From contig JBPOGI010000005.1 in the NCBI GenBank assembly GCA_051251855.1, forward strand, positions 160,001 to 224,000: a stretch of DNA of 64,000 nucleotides, read 5' to 3'. Positions 46,985 through 57,840 of the stretch are shown here, piece by piece. The translations under genes and the position numbers were made by a program. The stretch is from Roseibacillus sp. GTDB taxonomy: Bacteria; Verrucomicrobiota; Verrucomicrobiia; Verrucomicrobiales; Akkermansiaceae. Within the stretch, counting starts at the first letter, position 1. Each line of letters begins with the position of its first letter. The notes below the pieces were generated by a model. The model was not told the DNA's origin and made no database searches. It saw nothing but the letters and a program-made list of their open reading frames with translations.

Positions 46985-48734
46985 GGAGTTCGGGGTAGGC
47001 CTTCATGGCCATTTCTCGCGAGGCTTGCATGATGAGGCGGGACTCGGGAAGAACGAGCGCTTCCTCAGCGAGTGCCTTGCAGTCTCCGTAATTGAGAGCG
47101 CGAATGGCGTGCTTGACGGACGGAAGGCGGGGGGTGCCGACGGAGAGTTCGTCGATGCCAAGTCCGACTAAGACTGGGAGGAGGAGAAGGTCGGCTGCCA
47201 TTTCGCCGCAGATACCCGTCCAGATGCCATTTTCGCGGCCGCCATCGATGGTCATTTTAATGAGTCGCATGACGGCTGGGTGCGCTGGCTTGTAAAGTTG
47301 AGCGACCCGCGGGTTCACACGATCGACTGCTACGGTGTATTGGATGAGGTCGTTGGTGCCGATGGAAAGAAAATCGACATGGGCTGCAATCTCGCGGGCC
47401 ATAAGAGCGGCAGAAGGAACTTCAATCATGGCCCCCACTTCGATTTCGTCGGCAAAGGGGATGCCTTTGTCGGAGAGGTCTTCTTTGCATTGCTCCAGGA
47501 CTTCGCGGGCTTCGAGGACTTCGCGAAGACCTGAGACGAGTGGAAACATGATGCCGACTTTACCGTTAACCGAGGAGCGCAGAATGGCTCGGAGTTGGTC
47601 TTTGAAGACGTCGCGACGGTCGAGTGAGTAGCGGATGCCACGCCAGCCGAGAAAGGGGTTGGGTTCGGGGTCGGCAAGGGGTTCTCCTGGGAGCTTGTCG
47701 CCACCAACGTCTAGGGTCCGGATGATAGCTTGGTTGGGGGCTGCTGATTCGACGACCCGTTGATAAAGACGTGCTTGGTGGTGTTCGTCAGGAAACTCAC
47801 CTGACTCGAGCATGAAGAACTCGGTGCGAAAGAGACCGATGCCGTTCGCTCCTGACATGCCGACCTGAGCAAGCTCGTGCTCGAATTCTACATTGGCGGA
47901 GAGAGTGATTCTGCGCTCATCAAGGGTGGCGGTGTCCGAGTCGCGTATCTTATCGAGAGAGTTTCTAAAGACGGCTTTTTCTTCGGCGAGGGTGCGATAG
48001 TGTTCTGTCGTTTCCGGCGAGGGGTTGACAATGATCTTCCCTTCGTAGCCATCGATGATGCACGGGCTGAGGGTGCGAATTCCTAAGACGGCATCTTTGA
48101 GTCCCACTACTGCAGGGATGCCCATGGAACGTGCTAGAATGGCGGTGTGAGAGACCGAAGAACCGCGCTCAGTAGCGAAGCCGAGAGTGCGCTTGGGATC
48201 GAGACTTGCGGTGTCGGAAGGATTGAGGTCATAGGTGACCATGATGTGGCGATGGTCAGGACTCTCGTCTTCTTCGGGAGATGCACCGGAGAAATTTTGG
48301 AGCACGCGCTGGGCAACATCTTCGATGTCGCTGGTGCGTTCGCGAAGGTAAGGGTCGGCGACGCGGCGCATGGCTTCAAGGAAGGTCTGCATGACCGCGT
48401 AGAAGCAGAATTCGGCATTTTGCTCACGGCTGCTGATGGCATCGTTGACTCGGTCGAGTACGGTTTGATCCTGCAGGACCATGAGGTGAGACTCGAAGAT
48501 GCGACCTTCCGCTTCACCTGAAATGGACTCGATTTGGGTGCGTAGGGCGGCGAGCTGATCTTTCGTGCGTTCTAGGGCGCGTCGAAATCGTTCGCGTTCG
48601 TTGGGGACCTGGTGGGCGGGAACAGGGTAGACTTCGGGAGCCGCAAAGCCACGTGCTACGACATGAACGGGTCCGAAGGCAATCCCTTGCGAGACGGCTT
48701 CTCCGTTAAAGACTTGTTCCTTTGGCGGCGGCAT
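46977..48734 (-). CDS. ptsI: PTS enzyme I (PEP-protein phosphotransferase)
   Basis: [40 protein letters not shown]. Confidence 0.95.
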   Translation of the reverse strand: MPPPKEQVFNGEAVSQGIAFGPVHVVARGFAAPEVYPVPAHQVPNERERFRRALERTKDQLAALRTQIESISGEAEGRIFESHLMVLQDQTVLDRVNDAISSREQNAEFCFYAVMQTFLEAMRRVADPYLRERTSDIEDVAQRVLQNFSGASPEEDESPDHRHIMVTYDLNPSDTASLDPKRTLGFATERGSSVSHTAILARSMGIPAVVGLKDAVLGIRTLSPCIIDGYEGKIIVNPSPETTEHYRTLAEEKAVFRNSLDKIRDSDTATLDERRITLSANVEFEHELAQVGMSGANGIGLFRTEFFMLESGEFPDEHHQARLYQRVVESAAPNQAIIRTLDVGGDKLPGEPLADPEPNPFLGWRGIRYSLDRRDVFKDQLRAILRSSVNGKVGIMFPLVSGLREVLEAREVLEQCKEDLSDKGIPFADEIEVGAMIEVPSAALMAREIAAHVDFLSIGTNDLIQYTVAVDRVNPRVAQLYKPAHPAVMRLIKMTIDGGRENGIWTGICGEMAADLLLLPVLVGLGIDELSVGTPRLPSVKHAIRALNYGDCKALAEEALVLPESRLIMQASREMAMKAYPELLT

Positions 48735-48820
48735 CGGAGGTATCTTGGCATTTTTCTGCCTTGTGGGGAAGGGGTGAAAATCAGGGAGGGGGTTCAGGCT
48801 GATGTGACTGGGTCCTACTC

Positions 48821-49035
48821 CTGGAGTGCGGATGGCTGGCCTCCGCTTTGCTCGTGAGTCTCGCTACTCCCTCACTCGTCGAAAGGAGGCGGCTTGCTGC
48901 CTCAACCTTTCAGCGGCCCCAGCTCCATTAATCGCGGCGATAACGTGGTTGAACAAGCAAGCTTTGCTCTTCCCTGTCACGCTAAAGAACAAAGCCGTCC
49001 ACTCCCAAAACGGCAGCAAGCTGCGCGCGCTCCAG
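48821..49035. repeat. Inverted pair of REP-like palindromes (REPIN-like)
   Basis: CTGGAGTGCGGATGGCTGGCCTCCGCTTTG (48821-48850); the reverse complement of 49006-49035 is CTGGAGCGCGCGCAGCTTGCTGCCGTTTTG. Confidence 0.65.
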
Positions 49036-49110
49036 AAGTTCACTCAAGACGCGAAAAAACCCCACCGTTTCGGGAGAGGTTCATTTAAAGTGTATTCCGA
49101 GGAGGTCTTG

Positions 49111-49998
49111 TTAGGCCTTTTTGTATTTAAGGAAGGCTTTGAAGTCGTCGGGAAGAGCTTCGCCACGTCCGAGGGCCGCATTCCACATATCAACAAGGGC
49201 TGCCGCTTCGGTGAGAAGAAGAGCACCGTTAGAGTTGGGGTTTTCGTCAGGTGTCCCGTGCAACTTGCGGGCAAGTTCGATGTCGGGGTGTTTGTTGTAG
49301 ATGCCAAAGCAAGCGAGGGCTGCTTTTCTGACAAGAATCTCAGATGCTGCGTAGTCGGCGACCATCGCTTTGTTGTAAGCAATAAGGGCGTTCTCCAATT
49401 CTCCCTTTCCTTCCAGAGCCATGCCGTAGGCATACTCGAGCTGAGCGCGAATACTACCGGGGACTTTCTTGTCGGCCCACTCCTCACAAAGAATGGCAAG
49501 ACGAGGCCAGTCTTCAGAGCGGATGGCGTTGTAGAGGGGATAGATTTCCAACTGAGTCTTGTGAGTATTAAGCGCAAGAGGGGCGGGCTTGAACTTGCTA
49601 AAGAGCTGCTCCACTTCCTCATACTTACCGAGCTTGCGCGCGCACTCCATCTCGTAGAATCCAGCGAGGGAGGAGAAGTTGGCAGGGACGTCTTCAGTGA
49701 AGGCGTATTTCTCGCGAGCAACTTTAAAGGCGGGCTGGGCTTCCTCGTATTTGCGGTTCTCGAACAAGTCGAGGGCGATGGAATACTCGGGCGGCGTCAA
49801 GAACATGACAGAAACCTTACGAAGGGGAACGTCAATGCGGTTGAGGGACTTTGGGTTTTCGCGGTAGCGAATGGTTTTCTCGGAGGCATCTTCGATCCAG
49901 ATGCGGTCTGCTCCACCATCCTCAATTTTAAAGGCTGGTGCAAGGGTCTGGCCGGGAAGGGCGGCGGCGCAGGCGAGAGAAAGAATAATCGTTTTCAT
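49111..49998 (-). CDS. Secreted TPR-like helical protein
   Basis: Signal peptide; TPR-like helices; last gene of the exbBDD operon. Confidence 0.75.
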   Translation of the reverse strand: MKTIILSLACAAALPGQTLAPAFKIEDGGADRIWIEDASEKTIRYRENPKSLNRIDVPLRKVSVMFLTPPEYSIALDLFENRKYEEAQPAFKVAREKYAFTEDVPANFSSLAGFYEMECARKLGKYEEVEQLFSKFKPAPLALNTHKTQLEIYPLYNAIRSEDWPRLAILCEEWADKKVPGSIRAQLEYAYGMALEGKGELENALIAYNKAMVADYAASEILVRKAALACFGIYNKHPDIELARKLHGTPDENPNSNGALLLTEAAALVDMWNAALGRGEALPDDFKAFLKYKKA

Positions 49999-50019
49999 AT
50001 TTTTAGATGATGAGGGTTA

Positions 50020-53000
50020 TTAGTTTTTTTCTTTTTCTTCGACCATGGCTTCGATGGACGGATTGGCTTCGTAGGTGCGGACGAGGTTCTGAACTTCCTT
50101 CCAGAGGTCCTTCTCATCGTCTGGAACACGAGAACCTGAGATAATTTTTTCGGTTGCGCGAATGAATTTGTAGCCAGTCTCATAGGCAAACTGGCGGTCG
50201 GCTGGAGTCTTGTCTGTTGCGGCTTTATTGCGCTCCCAGAGGAGTTCCATGTAGCGATGCAAGGAAGGCGCCGACACTTTGATCAAGCCTCGATAAGAGG
50301 AGTAGACTTGGAAGTAGGTGATGAGCGCGTTTTCGGTTTCGCCTAGATTGTCGTAGGCTTGGGCGAGGACGAAGCTGACAAAGGGAGCGTATTTGTTGTA
50401 GTTGAGCTCAGGAGCAAGCGACTCTTTGGCGCGCTTCTTGGCTTCTTCCCACTTGCCCAATTTTCCGAGGACTTCCACGGCGCGATAGAGGGCTTGCTCT
50501 TGTTGCTGGTTGTCGGTGGAGTTGGTGAAAACGGCGATCAATTGCTCGACGGCCTTGGTGTTCTCGCTTTCGCTATCGGATCGTCCGTAAACGTCGGCGA
50601 GACCGAAGCGAGCGGCGAAGCGATAGGACTGGTCGGTGCGACTTAGGACTTCCTCATAATAAGGGGTGGCCTGCTTGGGAGAAGCGGTCTTTTCGCGAAG
50701 GTAATCACCGACACTGACGAGAATGAAGTTAGAAAGGCTCTTGAGATCGAAGTCTTGCTTCAAGTCATTGAAGAGAACTTTAATCATTGCGTTAGCCTTG
50801 CTGGCGTCGTCGGTAGCTTGGCCTTTGATGGCTTCCTTGGCTTTGTCCTCAAAGACGCCAATAAGCGCGATTCGGAGAAGAGCTTGGGCGGCTTTGTCCT
50901 CATTATTGATACCGGGGAAATCGTAGTAGACCTCCTTAAGTCCTTCTTCGGTATTGCCAGGGGTGGCGAGGAAGAACTTCGTGTAGGAGTTAATGGCTTC
51001 TTCGAGACCATATGCTCCGGGCATTTTCGCGAGTTGTGCGATGACGCCTTGGAGACGATCGAGGCCTTCTTCCGAACGCTCGGCAGCAATCAAGGCAGGC
51101 ATTCCAGCAACGGCCACTTGTGCCTTGTAAGGTGAGCTGTCTCCGTATTCGGCCCAGAATTTGTCGTAGAACGGGATGGCTTCGCTGAGGGCACCGCCTT
51201 TTTCTTCGCCAAGAAGTCCGACGAGGTAGAAGAGAGATTCGCCGGAGACGATGTCGTTCTGCTTGCGCTCTGCGAGAGTGAGGGCGCGGTTATAGTATTC
51301 TTTGGCTTCCTCCTTCTTGCCTTCGGTTTGGAAGATGTTGCCTTTTAAGTTGAAGACCATCTCGCGGTTGCTGGCATCGGGGAATTCGTTCTCAATACGA
51401 TTCAAATTGTCGAGCGCTTGAGGATATTCTTCTTGGGCGAAGTGGCAATTTGCGCGGTCGTAAAGGGCGAAGGGTAAGTAGCTGTTTTCCTTGGGGTTGG
51501 GGTAGGCTTTCAAGAACTTATCGAGAAGGTTAGCTGCTTTGTCCCAAACCTGAAGTTGCGCCCAGTTAGAGGCTTCGAAGTATTGGGAGGCCACTTTGAA
51601 TTGGCTTTCGGGATACTCCTTCATGTGGCGTTGGAGGGGCTCGATGGCTTTGTCGAACTGCGCGGTGTAGTAGTAGCTGCCGCCGAGAACGTGCAGGCAG
51701 ATGTCGTGCTGCTTAGAGTTCTTGGGGAGCTTGGGCTCCATCTCGGAGGCGACTTCCAAACAGAGGTCATACTCGCCATCAAAGAAAAGGCCGGTCAGCA
51801 TCAAGCTGCGGACGGATTCTTCGTATTGGCTGCCAGGGAAAAGCTTGAGGAATTTTTGACCTTCTTTTTCTGTTTGTAAAACGCGACCAACGAGAGAAGA
51901 GGTGCGAACGAGTTGATAGAGGTAATTCTCACGCTTGTCTTTGGGAGAGTTACTGTGGAATTGTTCCAGCATTTCGTAGGCTCCATAGGCTCCGCGAATG
52001 TTGCCGTTTTGCTCGTGAATGAAGGCGGTCGCAGCGAGGGCTGTGACCTCGGGAAGTTTGCCCTCTTTTTCGCGAGCTTTGCTCATTTCGAGCTGCTTTT
52101 CTAGGGCTGACTTATTGTAGATAGTGGCTCCATCTGGAATGGGACGCTTGAAGTCACCCAAGCCACGAATAGCCGCTTTGAGGCTGTCTTCTGCTTCGAC
52201 AGAGCTGGGCACGAGCGAATAGAGTTCAAAGGCGATCTGAGTAAGGTTAGCGTTCATGGCGTTGGCAGCCAAAGTCATGAAGACGGGGGAGTAGGGCTGG
52301 GATTCCCACGGTAAGAAGGTAATGTCGGAGCGGTGCTTCTTAAGAAAGTCGAGCATGGCGCCTTCGTCTTTTTTGGCGATGGAAGCTTCGCAGAAGGCTT
52401 GGAATCCAGCCATGATCCCAGCGGGTGGGGTAGGGAAGGTGTTCTTGTTCTTGATGGCGATTTGAAGGTTCTCGGTGCCCCCTGCAATCTTACCGCTCTT
52501 GAAGTGGCAGACTGCCATGTTGATGTAGAAGGCACCCTTGGGAAAGGTGTCGCGTTCTGGATCGCGCTCGGCGAGGAACTTCTTATACTGCTTGATGGCT
52601 TCGTCGTAGCTTTCCATCCCTTGGGCAGCTTCGCCCCATTTTAGGAGAGACTTCTTGTGGTAAGTGTTGACGTTTTCGGCGCCTTGATTGTTGGGATACT
52701 TATCGTAGCAGGCTTGGAAGGATTTGGCGGCGTCCTCGTATTTGTTGAGCTTGAGTTCGCAGAATCCTTGGTGATACCAGAACCAGCCGAACTTGGGGCC
52801 AAAGAGCTTTGGGGCGCGGGCGTCAAAGGTCTTGGTGGCTTGGCGCAAGAGGTTGAGTGCTTCGTTCCACTTGGCGGCTCCTTCGGGCATTCCGAGGCGA
52901 CGCGCTTCGTTCATCGCGGTCAACGAATTGGAGTGCAATTGCTCCACGCCTCCTTGGGCGCGGACGGAAGTTGAGCTCACGAAGAGGAGTAAGAGAGCGA

Positions 53001-53031
53001 TGAGTGCTCCGGGGTGATTCCAGTTTTTCAT
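50020..53031 (-). CDS. Large secreted tetratricopeptide-repeat protein (1003 aa)
   Basis: Signal peptide; many TPR/BamD-like repeats (F...YP.S, A...Y). Confidence 0.88.
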   Translation of the reverse strand: MKNWNHPGALIALLLLFVSSTSVRAQGGVEQLHSNSLTAMNEARRLGMPEGAAKWNEALNLLRQATKTFDARAPKLFGPKFGWFWYHQGFCELKLNKYEDAAKSFQACYDKYPNNQGAENVNTYHKKSLLKWGEAAQGMESYDEAIKQYKKFLAERDPERDTFPKGAFYINMAVCHFKSGKIAGGTENLQIAIKNKNTFPTPPAGIMAGFQAFCEASIAKKDEGAMLDFLKKHRSDITFLPWESQPYSPVFMTLAANAMNANLTQIAFELYSLVPSSVEAEDSLKAAIRGLGDFKRPIPDGATIYNKSALEKQLEMSKAREKEGKLPEVTALAATAFIHEQNGNIRGAYGAYEMLEQFHSNSPKDKRENYLYQLVRTSSLVGRVLQTEKEGQKFLKLFPGSQYEESVRSLMLTGLFFDGEYDLCLEVASEMEPKLPKNSKQHDICLHVLGGSYYYTAQFDKAIEPLQRHMKEYPESQFKVASQYFEASNWAQLQVWDKAANLLDKFLKAYPNPKENSYLPFALYDRANCHFAQEEYPQALDNLNRIENEFPDASNREMVFNLKGNIFQTEGKKEEAKEYYNRALTLAERKQNDIVSGESLFYLVGLLGEEKGGALSEAIPFYDKFWAEYGDSSPYKAQVAVAGMPALIAAERSEEGLDRLQGVIAQLAKMPGAYGLEEAINSYTKFFLATPGNTEEGLKEVYYDFPGINNEDKAAQALLRIALIGVFEDKAKEAIKGQATDDASKANAMIKVLFNDLKQDFDLKSLSNFILVSVGDYLREKTASPKQATPYYEEVLSRTDQSYRFAARFGLADVYGRSDSESENTKAVEQLIAVFTNSTDNQQQEQALYRAVEVLGKLGKWEEAKKRAKESLAPELNYNKYAPFVSFVLAQAYDNLGETENALITYFQVYSSYRGLIKVSAPSLHRYMELLWERNKAATDKTPADRQFAYETGYKFIRATEKIISGSRVPDDEKDLWKEVQNLVRTYEANPSIEAMVEEKEKN

Positions 53032-53134
53032 TGTGATAAGTTGGCTTGGATTTGGAAAATTTGCAAAAGAGTTCGGGGACGGCCCATTTGCAATGGCCGC
53101 GGGTGAGGGGGACTTTTAGGGGCGCACCTCTGAC

Positions 53135-53599
53135 CTACTCGTTAACGAGGTCGGTGAAGGTCACTTTGGTGATCTGCTTTGACCGCAAGGTGTCGATGAC
53201 ATCGATGGCCCGTTGGTGCTCGGCATCTCCATCCACATAGACTTGAACGAGGGGGTCTTGGCCAGCAGCGCGCGCTCCGTCAGCATAGGTTCCCAATCGC
53301 TCGGCGAGCATGGGAAGCTTGCGGGACTCGGGGTCCTCGTCGAGACGCTCTTGAGCTGGGCCCGAGTTGATGTAGATCACGCCGTCGTTGTCGACACGGA
53401 TAAACATGGGCTTAATTTCGGGAATATCTTCGGAAGGTGCGGCTGCGGGGAGCTGCATGTTGGTATCCGTCTCACTGCGTACAATGGTCGTGGTGACCAA
53501 GAAGTAGATAAGAAGGAGGAAGCAAATGTCGATGAGAGACGAAATATCCAAGACTGGTTCGTCTTCGTCGAGCGGTTTTCCTTTTTTGTGTCTGGCCAT
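53135..53599 (-). CDS. exbD: ExbD/TolR-family protein
   Basis: ISSLIDICFLLLIYF. Confidence 0.88.
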   Translation of the reverse strand: MARHKKGKPLDEDEPVLDISSLIDICFLLLIYFLVTTTIVRSETDTNMQLPAAAPSEDIPEIKPMFIRVDNDGVIYINSGPAQERLDEDPESRKLPMLAERLGTYADGARAAGQDPLVQVYVDGDAEHQRAIDVIDTLRSKQITKVTFTDLVNE

Positions 53600-53617
53600 G
53601 GAAAGGGGGAGTGAAAA

Positions 53618-54121
53618 TTAGTAGTTAGGATTCTTAGCGTAGCTGGCGAAGATCACCTGATCGACTCCTGCTTCGGCTGCGATACGGATGATGCGGCGAC
53701 AATGCTTGAATTCGACTCCTCGGTGTCCGCGGAGATGAAGCTGTGGCTTCATGGTGCCTTCCATCTTTTCCTTTTGCTCTTTGATGTATTCCAAGATGGC
53801 AGCGTCATCGTCAGCGAAAGGGGTGAAGTTCTGGTCACCCATACTGAAACGCGCGCCTTCGGGATGCTCCAAAGATTCACCACTCTTACTGACGCCCTCG
53901 CCGTAGACGTTTATCACGATACGACCGGTTTTCTTTTCCTGAGGAGTGGAGTTTCCGGCCACAGGGACTTCGACTCTCTTGTCCATCTTCACGACGACCA
54001 AATTGGCGGTAACAATGAAGAAGATGAGAAGAAGGAAAACCATGTCGATCATGGGCGACATGTCGACCGCGAGGCCTTCGCCCTCGTCGGCATTCATTGC
54101 GCGTAGTTTTTTTGATGCCAT
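53618..54121 (-). CDS. exbD: ExbD/TolR-family protein
   Basis: MSPMIDMVFLLLIFF. Confidence 0.9.
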   Translation of the reverse strand: MASKKLRAMNADEGEGLAVDMSPMIDMVFLLLIFFIVTANLVVVKMDKRVEVPVAGNSTPQEKKTGRIVINVYGEGVSKSGESLEHPEGARFSMGDQNFTPFADDDAAILEYIKEQKEKMEGTMKPQLHLRGHRGVEFKHCRRIIRIAAEAGVDQVIFASYAKNPNY

Positions 54122-54190
54122 GGAAGGTTATCTAGGTTCGGAACAATACAAAAATGAAGGAGCGAGCCTGGAGGCGGCTGCTCAAAGGAA

Positions 54191-54973
54191 TTAGACTGCG
54201 ACTCCTTCGGGAATCTTGGTCAAGTATGCGTCTGCATTAACGGTCTGGAGAGAAGCATTGAGCATTTCTTCAGCAGCGTGATGTGCGTCAGCAACAAGTC
54301 CGTTGAGTTTGTTCTTGAAGAAGAAGTAGAAAATGACGGCTGGGATAGCGGTGATAAGACCCCACATGGTGGTGAGAAGGGCGACGGAAATCTGACCGGC
54401 CAACTGGGCGGGCTCAGCTTGTCCCGTTTCGGCAAGAACACCGAAGGCGCTGACCATACCGATGACGGTTCCGAGCAGTCCGAGCATGGGAGCGGCTTGG
54501 GCGACGAGTCCGATATAGTTGACCCAAGTCATATTCTTGCGGTTTTCGTTGATTGAGAAGTCAGCCATAGCGTCCTCCACTTGGTCGCGACCGAGGGTTT
54601 CGGGCTGAGTAGCATCAATGTTAGGAAGAGCATAAGCGGTCATGCGTCCAAGATAGGAGGGATGGGATGCACCAAGCTCGATTGCAGAGCGAACGCGGCA
54701 AGCGGTCATGTGCTCGAGGAGCGCTGCGCGAAGGTCGTCGGGGACGAATTTTGCTTTGGTTAAGTTGATGAAGTTGAAGACGCAGAGCGCGATGAGGGCA
54801 AGGATAGCGATGCCGATGAAGATCATCGTGGGTCCACCATCGAGGATATATTTCTTAAGGGCGTTGCTCTCTGCGGCTAAAAGATTGCCGGAAGAAGCCA
54901 AGAAAAGGATCGTTGAGGTGGTGATGACTCTGGGGAGACGGCTGCTTGTTTTTTCAATCATGACTGTTTTCAA
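54191..54973 (-). CDS. exbB: MotA/TolQ/ExbB proton channel
   Basis: APMLGLLGTVIGM, ISVALLTT..GL..AIP. Confidence 0.9.
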   Translation of the reverse strand: MKTVMIEKTSSRLPRVITTSTILFLASSGNLLAAESNALKKYILDGGPTMIFIGIAILALIALCVFNFINLTKAKFVPDDLRAALLEHMTACRVRSAIELGASHPSYLGRMTAYALPNIDATQPETLGRDQVEDAMADFSINENRKNMTWVNYIGLVAQAAPMLGLLGTVIGMVSAFGVLAETGQAEPAQLAGQISVALLTTMWGLITAIPAVIFYFFFKNKLNGLVADAHHAAEEMLNASLQTVNADAYLTKIPEGVAV

Positions 54974-55493
54974 ATGTGTGAAGCGGATACTGGAGATGCG
55001 TCATACGGAGTAAAGAAAAGAAGTCGTGAAAATTCATTTTCCCCCGTGACACTCATGCTATCAGAACGAAGAACGTTTTGTTTTCTTTGAAAGAATTTTT
55101 GAAATGAGAATGGGGAAGAGGCAAAACCGGCCTTAGCGAGAGATGATCCGTTAGAGGGAGGATATGTTCATGATACCGAGGAGTGATAGGAGGGGCTTCC
55201 TCGCTGCCTAAAATCAAAAATGTGAGAGAGCGTTTATTTCTATCATTTTGTTTCCTTAGGTGAGGCCTCTTTGGTGAGTGAGAGAATCTAAATTTGAGTT
55301 GTGGAGCGCAACTCGCCTCTAATTTCTCTCTCGATTTTACGCGGTATTGAAGACTTCTCGGTGTTGTCGTTTTGATTTTAAATTCTTCAGAATCTCAGTG
55401 GTTCTCTCGATTTGGGCCGGAGCGTGCTTTTCGAAGCGAAATTCTTCTTAATAGACGAAAGAAGGCTTGTTCTTGATGCGTTTCATCCTTTGT

Positions 55494-55514
55494 TGTTGCA
55501 AACGAGTCTCAATA
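55494..55514. promoter_or_regulatory. Putative iron-repressor (Fur-like) box upstream of feoA
   Basis: Imperfect palindrome TGTTGCAAAC-G-AGTCTCAATA, about 20 nt before the feoA ATG. Confidence 0.55.
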
Positions 55515-55535
55515 AGGTCAGAATATCTCCAAGCC

Positions 55536-55790
55536 ATGAAGGTCGCCCCCCACAGCATCGAAATCGATACCACAGTCTCCTTGAATAAGGCGGCTGCAGG
55601 TTGTGATTTACAGGTGGAGCTGGTGGAGGGTGAGCATTGTGGGCAGTTACGTGATTTGGGCTTCTGCGAGCAAATGCGTCTCCGGAAGATCACCAATCGA
55701 GGACGTAACTTGATTTGTACCGTTTGTGGTTCGCGGCTCGCGATTTCGAGTCATTTGGCCGAGCACATTCAAGTGCGTCAAGTTTCCTAA
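55536..55790 (+). CDS. feoA: Ferrous iron transport protein A
   Basis: Start MKVAP; QLRDLGF, GSRLAIS...A..I.V. Confidence 0.85.
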   Translation: MKVAPHSIEIDTTVSLNKAAAGCDLQVELVEGEHCGQLRDLGFCEQMRLRKITNRGRNLICTVCGSRLAISSHLAEHIQVRQVS

Positions 55791-55803
55791 TCATTAGAAA
55801 ATT

Positions 55804-57840
55804 ATGGACGGAGAAGGGGCACCGAGACTGGTGTTGGTGGGACACCCAAATGTAGGGAAGTCAACTTTGTTTAATGCTCTCACGGGTGCGAAGGCCAAGG
55901 TGGGGAATTATCCTGGGGTGACGGTTTCACATACTATGGGAGAGTTTTTCACCCCCCATGGCAAGAAGGTGGAGCTGGTTGATTTGCCGGGCTGTCTCTC
56001 GTTGGTTTCGCGGGCTGCTGATGAGGCGGTTACTCGCGATGTTCTGATGGGGAAGCACCAGCCAGATTTGGTTGTGGTGGTGCTGGATGCTTCGTCGGTC
56101 GAACGGCATTTGCCTCTGGCGCTGCAGGTGGTGGAACTGGGTTTTCCGACCTTGGTGGTGCTCAATAAAATTGATGTTGCGGAGCAGAATGGGACGCGGA
56201 TCAATCATGAACTGTTGGCCGAAGAATTGGGTCTGCCAGTGATTCCAATGCAGGCTGATGAGGGGAAGGGGATTCTCGATTTGAAGCAGGCTTTGCGATT
56301 GCCCTTGCCGATGCCACCTCATCCCGCTTGGCATGAGGGTGGTGCTGTTGCGAAAGCGCGCGAGGAGCTGGCGGAGCGGTTATCTCAGCTCTCGGTATTG
56401 TCGCCTGAGCGCAAGGCTTGGATGCTTTTGTCGGACTCGAGTTATCGCAGTGGGGAGCAAAGCGGGCTTTCTCAGGAGGCCCGGACTGCGGCATGTGAAG
56501 TGGCGGATGCGTTCCAGAAGGACGGAGAAGGGGTAGAAGAGCTTTTTGAAAATGCCCGGCGAGATCGCGTGCGCGTTTTGTCGAGTTTGGTCGTCAGCGA
56601 GTCTTCTGATGAAGGGTCTTCTCTTTCAGATCGCTTGGATAGAGTGTTGTTGCACCCGGTTCTTGGTTGGGTCTGCTTTCTTGGGATTTTCTTTCTCGTG
56701 TTCTGGTCGCTGTTTAGCTGGTCAGGAATTCCCATGGATCTGATCGATGGGGCATTCGCTTCTCTCGGAGAGGCGGTGAGAGGGCTTCTGCCAGCAGGTA
56801 TTTTCACTGACTTGGTGGTTGATGGAATCATTGCAGGAGTAGGAGGAGTGATTATCTTTTTGCCTCAGATTCTCTTTCTCTTTTTCTTTTTAGGGATTCT
56901 AGAGTCGACGGGTTATATGGCGCGGGCGGCCTACCTGATGGATGGCTTGATGAGTAAGGTCGGTCTCAGTGGGCGAAGCTTTTTGCCTCTGCTCAGTGGA
57001 TATGCTTGTGCGATTCCTGGCGTGATGGCAGCTCGTTCCGTTCCGAGTGCGAAAGAGCGATTGTTGACGATATTGATCCTGCCTTGGATGTCGTGCAGCG
57101 CGCGCTTACCGGTCTATCTTTTGCTGATTCCACTTTTAGTGGCGGGGAGTTTTGCGCAAGGCTTAGTGCTATTTGGGCTTTATTTTCTCGGCACTGCGGC
57201 GGCTTTTCTGGCGGCATTTTTACTGCGAGGTCGGGTAGGGATTGCTAAGGACCATCAGCCGAGTTTCTTGATGGAAATGCCTCGATATAAGGCCCCAGAT
57301 TGGGGATTCATTTTTCGGCATTTGTGGGACCGCGCAGGAGCCTTTTTGAAGAAGGCAGGTACTGTGATTCTGGCTCTTTCCATTCTACTTTGGGCCTTGG
57401 CCACTTTCCCCAAGGCTCCTTCGGGGGAGGAGCAAGACCAGTTTGGCTATTCTGCGATGGGTCAAATCGGTAAGGCCATTGAGCCGGTGGTTAAGCCTTT
57501 GGGCTGGGACCATCGACTAGGAACCGCGATGTTGGCCTCGTTTGCTGCTAGGGAGGTCTTCAATTCGCAGGTCGCGATTTCTTACGCCATTGAGGAAGAG
57601 GATGATGAGGAGGAGACGCGTGAGAGTATCCGTGAAGAATTCCGCAGTGCTTACTCGATAGCCACGGTGCTTTCGCTATTGGTCTTCTATGTTTTTGCGC
57701 TGCAGTGCCTCCCGACGACGGCGGTAGTGGGGCGGGAAACCAAGTCTTGGAAATGGGCGTTGGGACAATTGGTAGGGATGTCTCTATTTGCCTATTTGGC
57801 GGCCCTGATTACCTTCCAAGTGGTGGGTTTGTTCACATGA
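55804..57840 (+). CDS. feoB: Ferrous iron transporter B
   Basis: GHPNVGKS, GNYPGVT, DLPG, NKID, GYMARAA, SCSARLP. Confidence 0.96.
   Translation: MDGEGAPRLVLVGHPNVGKSTLFNALTGAKAKVGNYPGVTVSHTMGEFFTPHGKKVELVDLPGCLSLVSRAADEAVTRDVLMGKHQPDLVVVVLDASSVERHLPLALQVVELGFPTLVVLNKIDVAEQNGTRINHELLAEELGLPVIPMQADEGKGILDLKQALRLPLPMPPHPAWHEGGAVAKAREELAERLSQLSVLSPERKAWMLLSDSSYRSGEQSGLSQEARTAACEVADAFQKDGEGVEELFENARRDRVRVLSSLVVSESSDEGSSLSDRLDRVLLHPVLGWVCFLGIFFLVFWSLFSWSGIPMDLIDGAFASLGEAVRGLLPAGIFTDLVVDGIIAGVGGVIIFLPQILFLFFFLGILESTGYMARAAYLMDGLMSKVGLSGRSFLPLLSGYACAIPGVMAARSVPSAKERLLTILILPWMSCSARLPVYLLLIPLLVAGSFAQGLVLFGLYFLGTAAAFLAAFLLRGRVGIAKDHQPSFLMEMPRYKAPDWGFIFRHLWDRAGAFLKKAGTVILALSILLWALATFPKAPSGEEQDQFGYSAMGQIGKAIEPVVKPLGWDHRLGTAMLASFAAREVFNSQVAISYAIEEEDDEEETRESIREEFRSAYSIATVLSLLVFYVFALQCLPTTAVVGRETKSWKWALGQLVGMSLFAYLAALITFQVVGLFT

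Noticed and set aside
48826..50010. 394-aa plus-strand ORF
   Set aside because: Antisense to the TPR gene and runs through a REP-like repeat
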